Source of the DNA: the human T2T-CHM13v2.0 reference genome, Homo sapiens
NCBI RefSeq assembly: GCF_009914755.1
Contig: NC_060930.1
Strand: one strand, 5' to 3'
Length of the DNA: 64,000 nucleotides
Part shown: piece after piece, positions 1-15,299 of the stretch
Numbering within the stretch: the stretch's first letter is position 1
How the letters are laid out: each line of letters starts with the position of its first letter
Translations under genes and position numbers: made by a program
Notes under the pieces: model-generated
Told to the model about the DNA's origin: nothing
The model's database searches: none
What the model saw: only the letters and a program-made list of their open reading frames with translations

Positions 1-147
<147 letters not shown>

Positions 148-1134
148 TAAAGGTCTTGTGAAGTGTATTAGATTACCAGGCACATTCATTAATAGTTATA
201 TTTTATGTTCATGTATGTGACTGATGATTTGTTTCCCTCCAATGTCAGAATTTCTATAATCTTAGTTCAATTAAAAAAATTAAAGAGGTGGTGTTACATG
301 GTTATTGTGAACTAGGCAGGAAGACATGATAAAAGATTGTCAGAAAAAACAACTTGAAAAATGTATATTCTGGCTGAAAAACGAAGCTTCATCTGAAATG
401 CATACAAATTTACTCAACAATCAAGATATTTTATTCTGTGTCACTACCTTTGTGTAGTTGATATTACAAAAATTAAGTGCATAAACATTTAAGTGTCCTG
501 AAAACAATGTGAACTGAACTGAAATATATGACAGAGTTAGGTCAAATTCAGACAGAATATAGAGAATTATTTCTCACCTTCTGTGACAGAATTTGAAATT
601 TTAAAATATTTACGGTATTAAGGGTTTTTTTAAAGAAAGCCATAAAAACGACAACATTGGTGATAGAGAGAGGGACACAAAAATAGAGTAAAAAATACCT
701 ATTATCCAAATGTATTCCAATCTACTAATAGTAGGCCACGTATAATGAAGAAAAACTGACAACTTTAACTGTGTGTCTCAAAGCCTGATTTAACTAGATC
801 AGAATTTGATAAAGATTTGTTATTCTATGATTATACTTTTTTGCCAAATTATGGGATCATATATAGGCAGAAGAAATAGTAATACTTTCTGTACATTCTT
901 GAAAAATAATCTTTTCTTTTTCCTTTTATATGACAAACTTCTGAGAGGTTTGTGACAACATCATCTCAGAAATACAAAATCTTCAGAGGATTTCATTATG
1001 TATAACTTAGAAGTAAATTCAATTTAGGTATCATTAAACCATGCAAATCAATTATCTAAAGTACTTTAATGATCTTTGATCACTGCCTAGTGATTCCAGA
1101 TAATTAGTCATAAGCTTTTCTTGGATCCCAAGTA

Positions 1135-1340
1135 CTAAACAGAGGTGGTTTAGCCTAAAGGGAAGGCAAAATAGGGAGTAACTGTTCAGCAGGTATAAAG
1201 TTTCAATTATATAAGATAAACAAGTTCCAGATATCTGCTGTACAACACTGTGCCTAAAAATTTTTAAGTGCACAATACAGTATTGTTAAGAGGGTAGATT
1301 TCATGTTAAGTCCTTTTACTATTAATACAATAATAATGAC
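1135..1340 (+). mobile_element. Old L1 (L1MA/L1MB-type) 3' end fragment
   Basis: Motifs ggtataaagtttca...gatatctgctgtacaac...ttgttaagagggtagatttcatgttaagt are typical of L1M 3' UTRs. Confidence 0.65.
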
Positions 1341-2624
1341 AAGAGAATCTGAACATTCTAACTGGATCAATGGCAAAATCAAGATCGTGGCACTGGAGAC
1401 TCAAATTCAGTGACTCTTAAAGTTCCTGTGTGTTTGAAATAATCAAAAATAAGCTTGGATTTGTGTTATACTAGCTTTTTATAATATAAAGGGGATCTAT
1501 TTTGTTAATAACAATACTCTGAATATGTGTTTCTTCTAAGTATTTTTGTTTCTTCACATTCATTAGTTTCATTTTCATTACCTTTATGTCTAATTAATGT
1601 ACATATTTGCATCTGTGACCAAGAGTTATTGTGTTTTAAATAGAACAGATTTTTAAGCCAAGAAATAACATATTTGGAGATAGTTTTGATGATTATGACT
1701 AAAAGAGTTCAGTGTGAATTGATTGTCTGACATCGTTTAAGAAGAACCCCTGATTATTTTAAAGCTGAGCTGAAATATGGATGTTGCTCTATTCTAGAGT
1801 TGTTCTCATGAAGTGTCCACTAGATTACTAGTTATTTATAATACAAAACAAGAGTGTTAAATAGGCATATAGCATATCCACTTAGTACATCTAACTTCAG
1901 GTAGATGATGCAAAAGTGGATGTTAATGTAACATTTACTATAATAAATATAGAATAAAAATAAACATTCTTTTCAGTAAAAAAGCAACAAAATTATATTT
2001 GATATAATATATATGTATATGTATATTTAAAAGTGAGAAAATAAAACCTGCACCTAGGGATTTATTTGTTATAACCCACCATCCTATCAGTTAATTTCTT
2101 AGTCAAAGCTGTCCTATTTATAAAGTGCAGATGACTAAACAAAGAAAGAAACAAATAGAAATCACAGGAGATAATACTGTCTCTCCTTTTGTGCTGCTGC
2201 TTAACATCTACATTAGGCATGAACATCTTCATGTTTATCTGTTTTATATAAAGGGGTTCTCCATGAAATTCTCAATGGCATACAAAGTATTTTATGAGTC
2301 ACTACTATGGTGCTATATCTTATCTCTTGATTTTGTTCAAAAGCCAAAAACTATACATAGTCCCCTTGGATGATTTCCTTTGTCATAAATTATTTTTAAA
2401 GTTATTTTACTATTTATTTATTCATTTACTTAACATTTATTGAGCTTCAATTATAACAGAGGTTATCTGATATTTTGCATTCAATGAGTCCTGAGTCCTA
2501 CCTAATTGCTTTCTCCCTTCCCTAGCAAAGATTTTAAAACTTTTCCAATTCTACAATCAGGGCCTTGAGTAATAACAATCAGAATCTTCTACCACCTTCT
2601 CTGTGCACATGCATTCTTTTGTTT

Positions 2625-4450
<1,826 letters not shown>

Positions 4451-5855
4451 TAGCCTATTTTTTTTCTTCCCTAGCCCCTGCGGTTTATTTGCCTTAGGGC
4501 TTCATCCTGAAGTCAAATCCTGTGCTATTTAATTTCAGGTTGGTTCAAGTACCCTGCTGTTCTCCAACAGGGACAGCCTTTATGTGAAAAGAGAAAAGCT
4601 GAGGGGATCCTCACCAGAGGCCCCTGGTGCTGCTTTAATAACAACTGTAGCTACCAGGTTGCCTTCAGCGTCTTGGCAGAAATTTTTCTTATGGATGGTG
4701 AGCTGCAGGTGGGCTTGATAAGAAGAATGTAAATGTTTCTAAGAATTCATATTTCTTTACCTAGAAACTACTCCTTCACTACAGTTGTAGTTAAATCTCG
4801 GGATATTCTCTCTCAAAGACAATGCCCTTTCTGTATTGATTTCTGTGAGCCTGTCTTATCTTTTTAGATGCAAATTCCTCCCTAAATGACAGCTTTGCCC
4901 TGAAACCTACCCTTTATATGAGGATGCTCAGTGAATACCTGTCAGTAACTACCGTGCCTCTGAGCACGCCTGGCCAACTAACTAAATCTTCCTACTGAGC
5001 AGTGTTTCTGCAGCTTGAGCTCAGGTGTATCTTTTCTAAGTATCTGAATATGCTTGCTGCTCACCAGGCTCGATTTCAGCTTCGGTTCTCTTTCTGTCTT
5101 GCTTGCATAGGCTTTCCACCCCTTGTGAATTTTAAAACTAGTTGCATCTACAATGAAATAAGAGCATCACCCTCCTGCTCACTGGCAAAAACCTTTGAAA
5201 ATAACTTTCAAAGGTTATTGAAACTATTCAAAATAATCAAACTTTATTTCTTAACTTCCCCAATTCCCTCATCCTAGGTGATATGAGGAAGTAATTTTAA
5301 AGCTGAGTTAGCTGCAACCATGAGCAAACAAAGAGGCTTGAGATGAAATCCAGTAATCACAGAGAGTCAGTGCAGATGGAGCATCCCTGGTAGGAAGAGC
5401 CCTGAGGACCCTATGCACTAATATTCTGTTAATAGCTACATTGAGGGCAGCTCTGAAAGAAAAATCATGAGAGTGTGGCACATGACCATCTGTTGAATAA
5501 AAAAGAGGACATGATCATATCTGCTCATTGATGAAACTCCTTCCTGATAGAATGAAGTGGTGAATACCATCATCTCCTCTTCCAACACTAGTGTTTTTCC
5601 TGAGTTTCTGTATTAAGCTCCTTGATTTTGGGAGGAAAGGGAGGCCTTCCTCCTACCAGCTAGGATCCAGAGAAAGCATCTCATCTATAGTGTCTCATGG
5701 AAGGTTCTGAGTTGATAAGAGACTCCTCTGTTATCCATGAAACAGAGGAAGGGCACTTCATCAAGTCTTTGCTGTAGGCTTTCTCTTTGACTCATTTGCC
5801 AATTTATACTTATGAGTCTGAAGATTATTTTTTTATTGCCTGTCCTTGATATTTA

Positions 5856-6008
5856 CCTATGTCATCAATTCTAATACACATTTTATTCACATTTTAACGT
5901 CTCTAAAATCTAGATAAATGTGCAAGTCAATGCCATTTTTCTTTCAAGAGGTATGTAAAATAAGGATGTATGTCAAAATAAAGTCATTTTACCTTTGAAG
6001 AGGTACAA
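5856..6008. mobile_element. MER104-like non-autonomous TcMar DNA transposon
   Basis: catcaattctaatacacattttattcacattttaacgtctctaaaatc...gtatgtaaaataaggatgt resembles MER104; flanked by TA on both sides. Confidence 0.6.
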
Positions 6009-6019
6009 TAGCCTATTCA

Positions 6020-6260
6020 ATATGCTCTCTTGGATGTATCAAAGGAAATTCAGACATAGTTGGTCCAGGATCAGCCTTATGATCCCCTCTTCAACTGTGA
6101 TTATCCCCTTTCAGTATTTCTTCTCCCAGTTAATGGCACTACTATAACTCCAATCAGGCAAGCCCTAAATCTGTAAGTCATCCTTGACAGCTACCTCTTC
6201 CTCAGCCTTCACACCTATCCATCTCCTGTTACTAGCAGCTTTACCTGTTCAATACCTAAT
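6020..6260 (+). mobile_element. L2 fragment
   Basis: cagttaatggcactact...caagccctaaatctgtaagtcatccttgac matches the L2 core motif (aatggcaccacc...caagccagaaacctgggagtcatccttgac). Confidence 0.6.
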
Positions 6261-6304
6261 GTTGTCATTATTATTCCTAACCGTTTTAGTTTTAAAACCA
6301 CTCT

Positions 6305-6971
<667 letters not shown>

Positions 6972-7209
6972 TTGCACTTTTCTTTTTAAATTCTACTTTA
7001 ATTTCCAGGATACAAGTGCAGAAATTGTAGGTTTGTTATATAGGTATACGTGTGCCATGGTGGTTTGCTGCACATATCAACCTGTCATCTAGGTATTAAG
7101 CCCTGCATGCATTAGCTATTTGTCCTAATGCTTTCCCTTCCCTTGCCCCCCACCCCTTGACTGGCCCCAGTATGTGTTGTTCCCCTCCCTGTGTTCATCT
7201 GTTCTCATT

Positions 7210-7308
7210 GTTTAATTCCCACTTATGAGTGATAACATGTGGGTTTAATTCCCACTTATGAGTGATAACATGTGGGTTTAATTCCCACTTATGAGTGATA
7301 ACATGTGG
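7210..7308. repeat. Perfect 3 x 33-bp tandem repeat
   Basis: gtttaattcccacttatgagtgataacatgtgg starts at 7210, 7243 and 7276. Confidence 0.97.
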
Positions 7309-10300
7309 TGTTTGAGTTTCTGTTCCTGTGTTAGTTTGCCCAGAATGATGGCTTCCAGCTTCTGCCATGTCCCTGCAAAGGACATGATCTAATTCCTTTT
7401 TATGGCTGCATAGTATTCCATGTTCTATATGTACCACATTTTTTTTTAATCCAGTCTTTCTTTGATGGGCTTTTGGGTTGGTTCCATGTCTTTACTATTG
7501 CAAATAGTGCTCCAATAAACATACATGTGCATGTGTTTTATAGGAGAATAATTTATATTTTGGGGGGATACATACCCAGTAATGGGATTGCTGGGTCAAA
7601 TGGTATTTCTGGTTCTAGATATTTGAAGAATCACCACACTGTCTTCCACAATGGTTGAACTAATTTACATTCCCACCAACAGTGTAAAAGCATTCCTATT
7701 TCTCCACAGTCCCACCAGCATCCATTTTTTCTTGACTTTTTAATAATCACCATTCTGACTGAAATGAGATGGTATCTCACTGTGGTTTTGATTTGCATTT
7801 CTTTACTGATCAGTGATGTTGAGCTTTCTTTTCATATTTCTTGGCCGCATAAATATCTTCTTTTGAGAAGTGCATGTTCATATCCTTTGCCCACTTTTTG
7901 ATGGAGTTGTTTTTTCTTGTAAATTTTTGTAAGTTCCTTGTAGATTCTGGATATTAGACCTTTGTCAGATGGGTAAAAATTGCAAAAGTGTTCTCCATTC
8001 TGTAGGTTGCCTGTTCACTCTGATGACCGTTGTTGTTTTTGCTGTTGTTTTTCCTGTGCAGAAGCTCTTTAGTTTAATTAGATTCCATTTGTCAATTTTG
8101 GCTTTTGTTGGCATTGCTTTTGGCATTTTAGTCATGAAGTCTTTGCCCCTGCCTATGTCCTGAATGGTATTGCTTAGGTTTTCTTCTAGGGTTTTTATGG
8201 TGTTGGGCTTTATGTTTAAGTCTTTAAACCATCTTGAATTAATTTTTGTATAAGGTGTAAGGAAGAGGTCCAGTTACAGTTTTCTGCATATGGCAAGCCA
8301 GTTTTCTCAGCATCATTTATTAAATAGAGAGTCATTTCCCTATTGCTTGTTTTTATCAGGATTGTTGAAAATCAGATGGTTGTAGATGTCTAGTCTTATT
8401 TCTGAAATCTCTGTTCTGTTCCATTGGTCTATACCTTGCTGCTTTGGTTACTGTTGCCTTGTAGTATAGTTTGAAGTCACATAGTGTGATGCCTCCAGCT
8501 TCGGTTCTTTTTTTTTTTTTGTTCTGCTTAGGACTGTCTTGGCTATATGTGCTTTTTTTGGTTGCATATGAAATTTAAAGTAGTTTTTTTCTATTCTGTG
8601 AAGAATGTCAATGGTAGTTTGATGGGAATAGCATTGAATCTATAAATTACTTTGGGCAGTATGGCCATTTCCACAGTATTGATTCTTCCTATACATGAAT
8701 ATGAAATGTTTTTCCATTTGTCTGTGTCCTCTCTGATTCCCTTGAGCAGTGGTTTGTAGTTTTCATTGAAGAAGTCTTTCACATTCCTTGTTAGGTGTAT
8801 TCCTAGGTATTTTATTCTCTTTGTAGCAGTTGTGAATGGGAGTTCGTTAATGATTTATCTCTCTACTTGTTTATTGTTGATGTATAGGAATGCCTGTGAT
8901 TTTTGCATATTGATTTTGTATCCTGAGAGTTTGCTGAAGTTGCTTATCAGCTTAAGGAGTCTTAGGGCTGAGAAGATAGGGTTTTCTAAATATAGGATCA
9001 TGTTGTCTACAAAGAGAGACAATTTGACTTTCTCTCTTCCTATTTGAATACACTTTATTCTTTTCTCTTGCCTGATTGCCCTGGCCAGAACTTCCAATAC
9101 TATGTTGAATAACAGTGGGGAGAAAGGGCATCCTCGTCTTGTGCTGGTTTTCAAAGGGAATGCTTCCATCTTTTGCCCATTCAGTGTGATATTGGCTGTG
9201 GGTTTGTCATAAATAGCTCTTATTATTTTGAGATATGTTCCATCAATACCTAGCTTATTGAGGGTTTTTAACATGAAGGGATGTTGAATTTTATCAAAGG
9301 GCTTTTCTGCGTCTATTGAGATGATCATGTGGTTTTTGTCCTTGGTTCTGTTTATGTGATTGATTACATTTATTGATTTGCATATGTTGAACCAGCCTTG
9401 CATCCCAGGGATGAAGCTGACTTGATAGTGATGGATAAGGCTTTTGATGTGCTGCTGGATTTGGTTTGCCAGTATTTTATTGAGGATTTTCATATCGGTG
9501 TCCATCAGAGATATTGGCCTGAAGTTCTCTTTTTTGGTTGTGTCTCTGCCATATTTTGGTAGCAAGATGATGCTGGCCTCATAAAATTAGAGAGGAGTCC
9601 CTCCTTTTCAATTGTTGGAATAGTTTCAGAAGGAATGGTATCAGCTCCTTTTTGTACCTCTGGTAGAATTCAGCTGTGAATCCATCTGGTCCTGGGCTTT
9701 TTTTGGTTGGTATTCTATTAATTACTGCCTCAATTTTAGAAGTTGCTATTGGTCTATTCAAGGATTTGATTTCTTCCTGGTTTAGTCTTGGGAGGGTGTA
9801 TGTATCTAGGGATTTATCCATTTCTTCTAGATTTTCTAGTTTATTTCCATAGAGGTTTTTATAGTATTCTCTGATGGTAGTTTGTATTTCTGTGAGGTCA
9901 GTAGTGATATCATCTTTATTACTTTTTATGGTGTTTATCTGATTCTTCTCTCTTTTCTTCTTTATTACTCTAGCTAGCAGTCTATTTTAATTCTTTCAAA
10001 ACACAAGATCCTGGATTTATTGATTTTTAAAGGTTTTTCTGTGTCTGTTTCCTTCAGTTCTGCTCTGATCTTAGTTATTTCTTGTCTTTTGCTAGCTGTT
10101 AAATTTGATTGTGCTAGCTTTTTAATTGTGATGTTAGAGTGTCAATTTGAGATCTTTCTCACTTCCTGATGAGGACATTTATTGCTATAGAGTTCCCTCT
10201 TAACACTGCTTTAGCTGTGTTCCAGAGATGCTGATATGTTGTCTCTTTGTTCTCTTTGGTTTCAAATAACTTCTTGATTTTTGACTTAATTTCATTATTT

Positions 10301-10983
10301 ACCCAGGATTCATTCAGGAGCAGGTTGTTCAATTTCCATGTAGTTGTGTGGTTTTTAGTGAGTTTCTTAATCTTAGTTCTAATTTGATTGGACCATAGTT
10401 TGAGAGACTGTTGTGATTTCAGTTCTTTTGCATTTGCTGAGGAGTATTTTACTTCCAATTATTTGGTCAATTTTAGAATAAGTGTCATGTGGCATTGAGA
10501 ACAATGTATCTTCTGTTGATTTGGGGTGGAGAGTTCTGTAGATGTCTATTAGGTCTATTTGATCCAGAGCCAAGTTCAATGAATACCCTTGTTAATTTTC
10601 TGTCTTGTTGACCTGTCTAATACTGACAGTGGGGTGTTGAAGTCTCCCACTATTACTGTGTGGGAGTCTAAGTCTTTTTGGTGGCCTCTAATAACTTGTT
10701 TTATAAATCTGGGTGCTCCTTTATTGGGCGTGTATATATTTAAGAAAGTTAGCTCTTCTTGGTGAATTGATCCCTTTACCATTATGTAATGCCCTTCTTT
10801 GTCTCGTTTGATTTTTGTTGGTTTAATGTCTGTTTTGCCAGAGACTAGGATTGCATCTCCTACTTTTTCTTTGCTTTCCATTTGCTTGGTAAATATTCCT
10901 TCATCGTGTCTTGTAATTGGGTCATTTAGCCCATTTTCATTTAACATTAATATTGTTATTTGTGAATTTGATCCTGTAATCAT
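7210..10983 (-). pseudogene. Disrupted L1 ORF2 (endonuclease/reverse transcriptase)
   Basis: ORFs 10576-10983 (MITGSNSQITIL..., EN), 9579-9821, 8855-9565 (RT: [20 protein letters not shown]) and 8591-8782; many stops and frameshifts; FADD motif altered to FVDN. Confidence 0.93.
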
Positions 10984-11043
10984 TATGCTATCTGGCTATT
11001 TTGCACACTGGTTGATATAGCTTCTGCCTAGTGTCCTTGGTCT

Positions 11044-12075
11044 TTATATTTTGGTGTGTTTTTGCAGTGACTAGTACTGGTTTTTCCTTTCTATATTTAG
11101 TGCTTCCTTCAGGAGCTCTTGCAAGGCAGGCATGGTGGTGACGAAATCCCTCAGCATTTGCTTGTTTGGAAAGGATTTTATTTCTCCTTCACTTATGAAA
11201 CTTAGTTTGGCTGGATATAAAATTCTGCATTGAAAATTCTTTTATTTAAGAATGTTGAATATTGACCCCCACTCTTTTCTGGCTTGTAGGGTTTCTGCTG
11301 AGAGGTCTGCTGTTAGTCTGATGAGCTTCCCTTTGTAGGTGAGCTGGCCTTTCTCTGTGGCTGCTCTTAACATTTTTTCCTTCATTTCGACCTTAGAAAA
11401 TCTGATTATTATGTGTCTTGGGGTTGATCTTCTCTTGGAGTATCTTAGTGGTGGTCTCTGTATTTCCTGAATTTGCATGTTGTCTTGTCTTGCTAGGTTG
11501 GGGAAGTTCTCCTGGATAATATCCTGAAGTGTGTTTTCCAACTTGGTTCCATTCTCCCCATCTCTTTCAGGTACTCCAATCAATCATAAGTGTGATCTTT
11601 GTATACAGTCCTATATTTCTCAGAGGTTTTGTTCATTCCTTTTCATTCTTTTTTCTCTAATCTTGTCTGCATGTTTTATTTCAGCAAGATGGTCTTCAAA
11701 CTCTGATATCCTTTCTTCTGCTTGGTCGATTAGGCTATTGATACTTTTGTATACTTCACGAAGTTCTCATGTTGTGTTTTTCAGCTCCATTGGGTCATTT
11801 ACATTCCTCTCTAAACTGGTTATTCTAGTTAGCAGCTCCTGTAACCTTTCATCAAGGTTCTTAGCTTCCTTGCTTTGGGTTAGAACATGCTCCTTTAGCT
11901 CAATGGAGTTTGTCATTATTCACCTTCTGAAGTCTACTTCTGTCAATTTGTCCCTCTCATCCTCTGCCCATTTCTGCACCCTTGATGGAGAGGTGCTGCA
12001 TACACTTGGAGGAGAAGAGGCACTCTGGCCATTTGGGTTTTCAGTGTTTTTCCGTTGATTCTTTCTCATCTTCAT
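11044..12075 (-). pseudogene. Disrupted L1 ORF1 (RNA-binding protein)
   Basis: ORF 11920-12183 contains MRKNQRKNTEN; ORF 11242-11583 contains GVPERDGENGTKLENTLQDIIQENFPNLARQ...TPRHIIIRFSKVEMKEKMLRAA. Confidence 0.92.
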
Positions 12076-13370
12076 GAGTTTATCTAGTATCAATCTTTGA
12101 GGCTGCTGACCTTTGGATGGTATTTTTGTGGGGAATTTTTTGTTGATGTTGTCGTTGTTGCTTTCTGTTTGTTTTTCTTGCAATCATCAGATCCCTCTTC
12201 TATGGGGCTGCTGCAGTTTTCTGGGGGTTCATTTCAGGCCCTATTCATGTGGTTTGCTCCCACACCTGCATATGCACTCCAGAAGGCTGGAGAACAGCAA
12301 AGATGGGTGCTTATTCCTTCCTCTGGGATCTCTGACCTCGAGGGGCACCGATCTGATGCCAGTAGGAATGCTCCCCTATAGGGTGTCTGACAACCCCTGT
12401 TGGAGGGTTTCACCCAGGTGGGTGACCTGTTTAACAAATCACTTTGTCCTTTGGTGGATGGGGTATGCTTTGCTGAGGGGAAACCCACTGGTCTGGGCTG
12501 CCTGGATTCCTCAGAACTAGCAGGAGGAAAGACTAAGTCTGCTCATCCACGGAGTCTTCAGCCACCTCTGCCCCTAGATGTTCAGGACCAGGGAGATCAG
12601 AGTTCTGTCCCTGAGCCCCTGGCTGGAGTTGGAGTTTCTGCAGTGAGGCCCCACCCAGTGAAAAGTGATGGGTCAATGTCAGGCCTGAAGAGGCACTGTC
12701 CGCAGTCTGCCACAGCTGGTGTGTTGGGCTGTGAGGGATACCTCTTGGGACCAAACCTTCCAGCCTCCTTGGCTCCAGCAGGGGAAAAGTGTGGCCTGGA
12801 GCTATAGAGAGGCATGTCGCCCTTCCCCTGCCCTGGGAGCTTAGTGTGTTAGATAGTTATCTGTCCCCTTGTTGGTTGTCACCTCTCCCCCAAGGAGCTC
12901 AAATGGCTTAGACAGCAGCCACAACTGTGGTGCTGGTCGCCCCTCCCTTCTGGGAGCTCAGCAAACTTAAGCAGATTCTCTCTGAATGGCTGTTGAGAAT
13001 CTGCACGGGTCCGTGGTTGGGACCCTAGGCCCTGATGGCGTGGGCTCACAAGTGGAATCTTCTGATCCATGGATTGCACAGTTCCAGGGAAACAGCACGT
13101 TTTCCCAGGTTGGGTAGCACACTCACTCACCGCCTCCTTTGGCTGGGGGGTGGGGACTCCCCTGCCCCATACGGCTCTCAGGTGGGCTGCGACACCACAC
13201 TGCTCTTCTTTCCTCCCTGTGGGTCACACCAGCCACCTAGTCAGTCCTCATGACAGAACCTGGATACCTACGTTGCCGGTGCAAGATTCACACGCTGTTA
13301 CGGTTCTTTTTGATGGGAGCCTCTGATGGCCCATTGTTTCTAGTCGGCCAAATTGGCCCCGCCTCTCAGC

Positions 13371-13725
13371 ATGGACTTTTATGCATCTGGTTTCCTTTAC
13401 TCAGCATGATATTCTTGAGATTCATTACATTGCAGCATATATCAGCAGTTTCTTTCCTTTTACTTCTGAGTAATATTCTATTATGTGTCCATATCACAGA
13501 TTGTGTTTATTTATTCACCTAGTAATGGACATTTGGATTGTTTTTAGTTTTTTGCTATTAGGGATAATGTTGATATAAACTTTTATGAATAACTCCGTTT
13601 GTGAGCATATGTTCTCAATCTCATGTTTACATACCTAGAGATGGAATTTCTGGGTCACATTGTGGTTGTATGTTTAACTTTAAAATAAACTGTCAAACTG
13701 TTTTTTTAAGTGGTTATACAAAATC
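13371..13725 (-). mobile_element. L1ME-type 3' region, right part
   Basis: tctggtttcctttactcagcatgatattcttgagattcat...atggacatttggattgttt...aaactgtcaaactgttttt; picks up where 6515 stopped. Confidence 0.75.
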
Positions 13726-13744
13726 ATTCTCTTTTGAAATATAT

Positions 13745-13960
13745 TTTATGTCATCGTTTTGTTCCTTTTTTTCCCAACTGTTAATCGTTTAGCTCTATCA
13801 GATCCTCACTTATCAATGTCTTTTCTATTATCAAAGTTCTCCAACACCACTTCCACAGACTTCATCAGAGTCTGTATTTTTTGCAAGATGAAAAAATTTA
13901 CCCTGAATTTAATTCGTTTCTTTGAAATTCCCAGATATTTAAAACACTTCAAATTAGGAC
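13745..13960 (-). mobile_element. Ancient Tigger-type (Tigger15a-like) transposase-derived fragment
   Basis: Minus strand catcttgcaaaaaatacagactctgatgaagtc...gtggtgttggagaact...cattgataagtgaggatctgatagagcta resembles the Tigger C-terminal segment as I recall it (LAK..GFDEVDE.DV.ELL...LTNEDL.EL). Confidence 0.5.
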
Positions 13961-14744
13961 TGACAATCAAGAATTTTGACCCAATAGATCTACTAATAAA
14001 GAGTTTGACTTTTGGTTTCGCCATTGACAACTCCCTAGTTCCTCCCATTTCCCTTTCGCTTTTGCTCCACATCTGAGTAAGTCAATAGTTACATCTATAC
14101 CCTTCCTGTCTCGGTTTCATAGGAAAGTTCAAACCACTATGCAAACTCCATCCTGTATGTGGAAGCCCTAACATGTATACCCCCTGTTAGCCACAGTAAA
14201 AACCAAAGCCAATATACCAACTCCTTCATTAACACCATTCTGAACCAGCTTATACCAGTTATCTCCATAGAAGTCACTTGTGTAATAAAATTTTTCTCAA
14301 ATTTCCTTGGTATGTGGGGTCTCATTAGTCTCAACACTCAAACCACTGAGATAATCTACAATATAATGTTTTCACAGGAAGACCAAAAGCATCTAGGAGC
14401 TAGGGTTAAACTCAGGAGGAATGTTTCAATATAGAATAAAAGTATGTCCAACTCATGTCTTTGTGTTATGACAACATTTTTTTTGGCATTTGCATGACTT
14501 TAGTAATACCAAATAATTATTTGTATTTATTGTCTATTTCACAAGAAATTTTCTGGGTAAATAAGCCATAATGTGAATTCCCATGAATTGAAAGTGGAAG
14601 AAATACAAGAAGGTGCATGCTTGATAATAAATGGTAAGAAACTTGGAGAAAAAAGTAGCTAAACATATGAGAATATAAAGATAATTAAGATCAGAAGTCT
14701 TTTGAGCAAAGAAAAGTTACACAAGCCAGTGCAACTTAAAGTGT

Positions 14745-14903
14745 AGTTCATAAACCATTATCAACTGTGAGTTTGTTAGAAATGCAAATCCATAGTCTCC
14801 ACCAGCTCCACTGAATCAGAATCTTGGGAATGAGGTCCAGTAACCTGTGATTTATCCAGCTCTCTTGATGATTCTGTTGCATGCAAAATATTAAGAACTG
14901 CCA
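14745..14903. mobile_element. MER5A-type hAT-Charlie element
   Basis: tttgttagaaatgcaaat...actgaatcagaatcttggg...gatgattctgttgcatgcaaaatattaagaactg. Confidence 0.75.
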
Positions 14904-15299
14904 CAACAACATAAAAAGCAATTGATTGGCTGAGAGTTGCAAGCGATAAAGCCTTTGCACACAAGAGGTTTATGTCTCCATAGGCATTCTTTCAAAATAC
15001 GATAGATCTCATAAAAGTTGTCAAAGAAAATAAACTATGTAAATAGGCATTAAGAAGAAAGACTGTCCTCAGTAAAAGAAATTTAATACCTATATATTAA
15101 GGATCAGAGAAAGTCAACAAGGGATATTTATGTACACACTTACTTCTGTAGTGGAAATTTCTAAAAAATTACTTGTACAAGTGAATAACAGTGATTATTA
15201 AAAGTCGGAAGGGAGGATAATAGACTAATGAGCATGAAAGTAGATTTTTTAAAATTAAGTATTTTAAATATTTTAAAACCAGTCTATGTATATATTGCT

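Larger units (their letters stand above)
6975..13367 (-). mobile_element. Full-length, inactive LINE-1 (L1PA7/L1PA8-type), ~6.4 kb
   Basis: 5' UTR (~12076-13367), ORF1, ORF2 and 3' UTR are in order. Many ORF-track fragments are L1 ORF1p/ORF2p. Degenerate TSD agtatggacctt (6507-6518) / agcatggacttt (13368-13379). Confidence 0.96.

Noticed and set aside
7210-7308. 33-bp repeats of CRISPR-like length
   Set aside because: No spacers; the unit is L1 sequence in primate DNA, with no cas genes.
8855-9565. 236-aa reverse-transcriptase ORF as a novel or domesticated RT
   Set aside because: Ordinary L1 ORF2 fragment with the catalytic FADD mutated to FVDN, bounded by frameshifts and stops.
12097-13522. 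Dense cluster of short ORFs on both strands
   Set aside because: Mostly in the GC-richer L1 5' UTR, where stop codons are rarer; no coherent protein.
13759-14076. Overlapping 105-aa and 88-aa ORFs as a possible exon or processed pseudogene
   Set aside because: No recognisable protein; the left part is better explained as a Tigger remnant.
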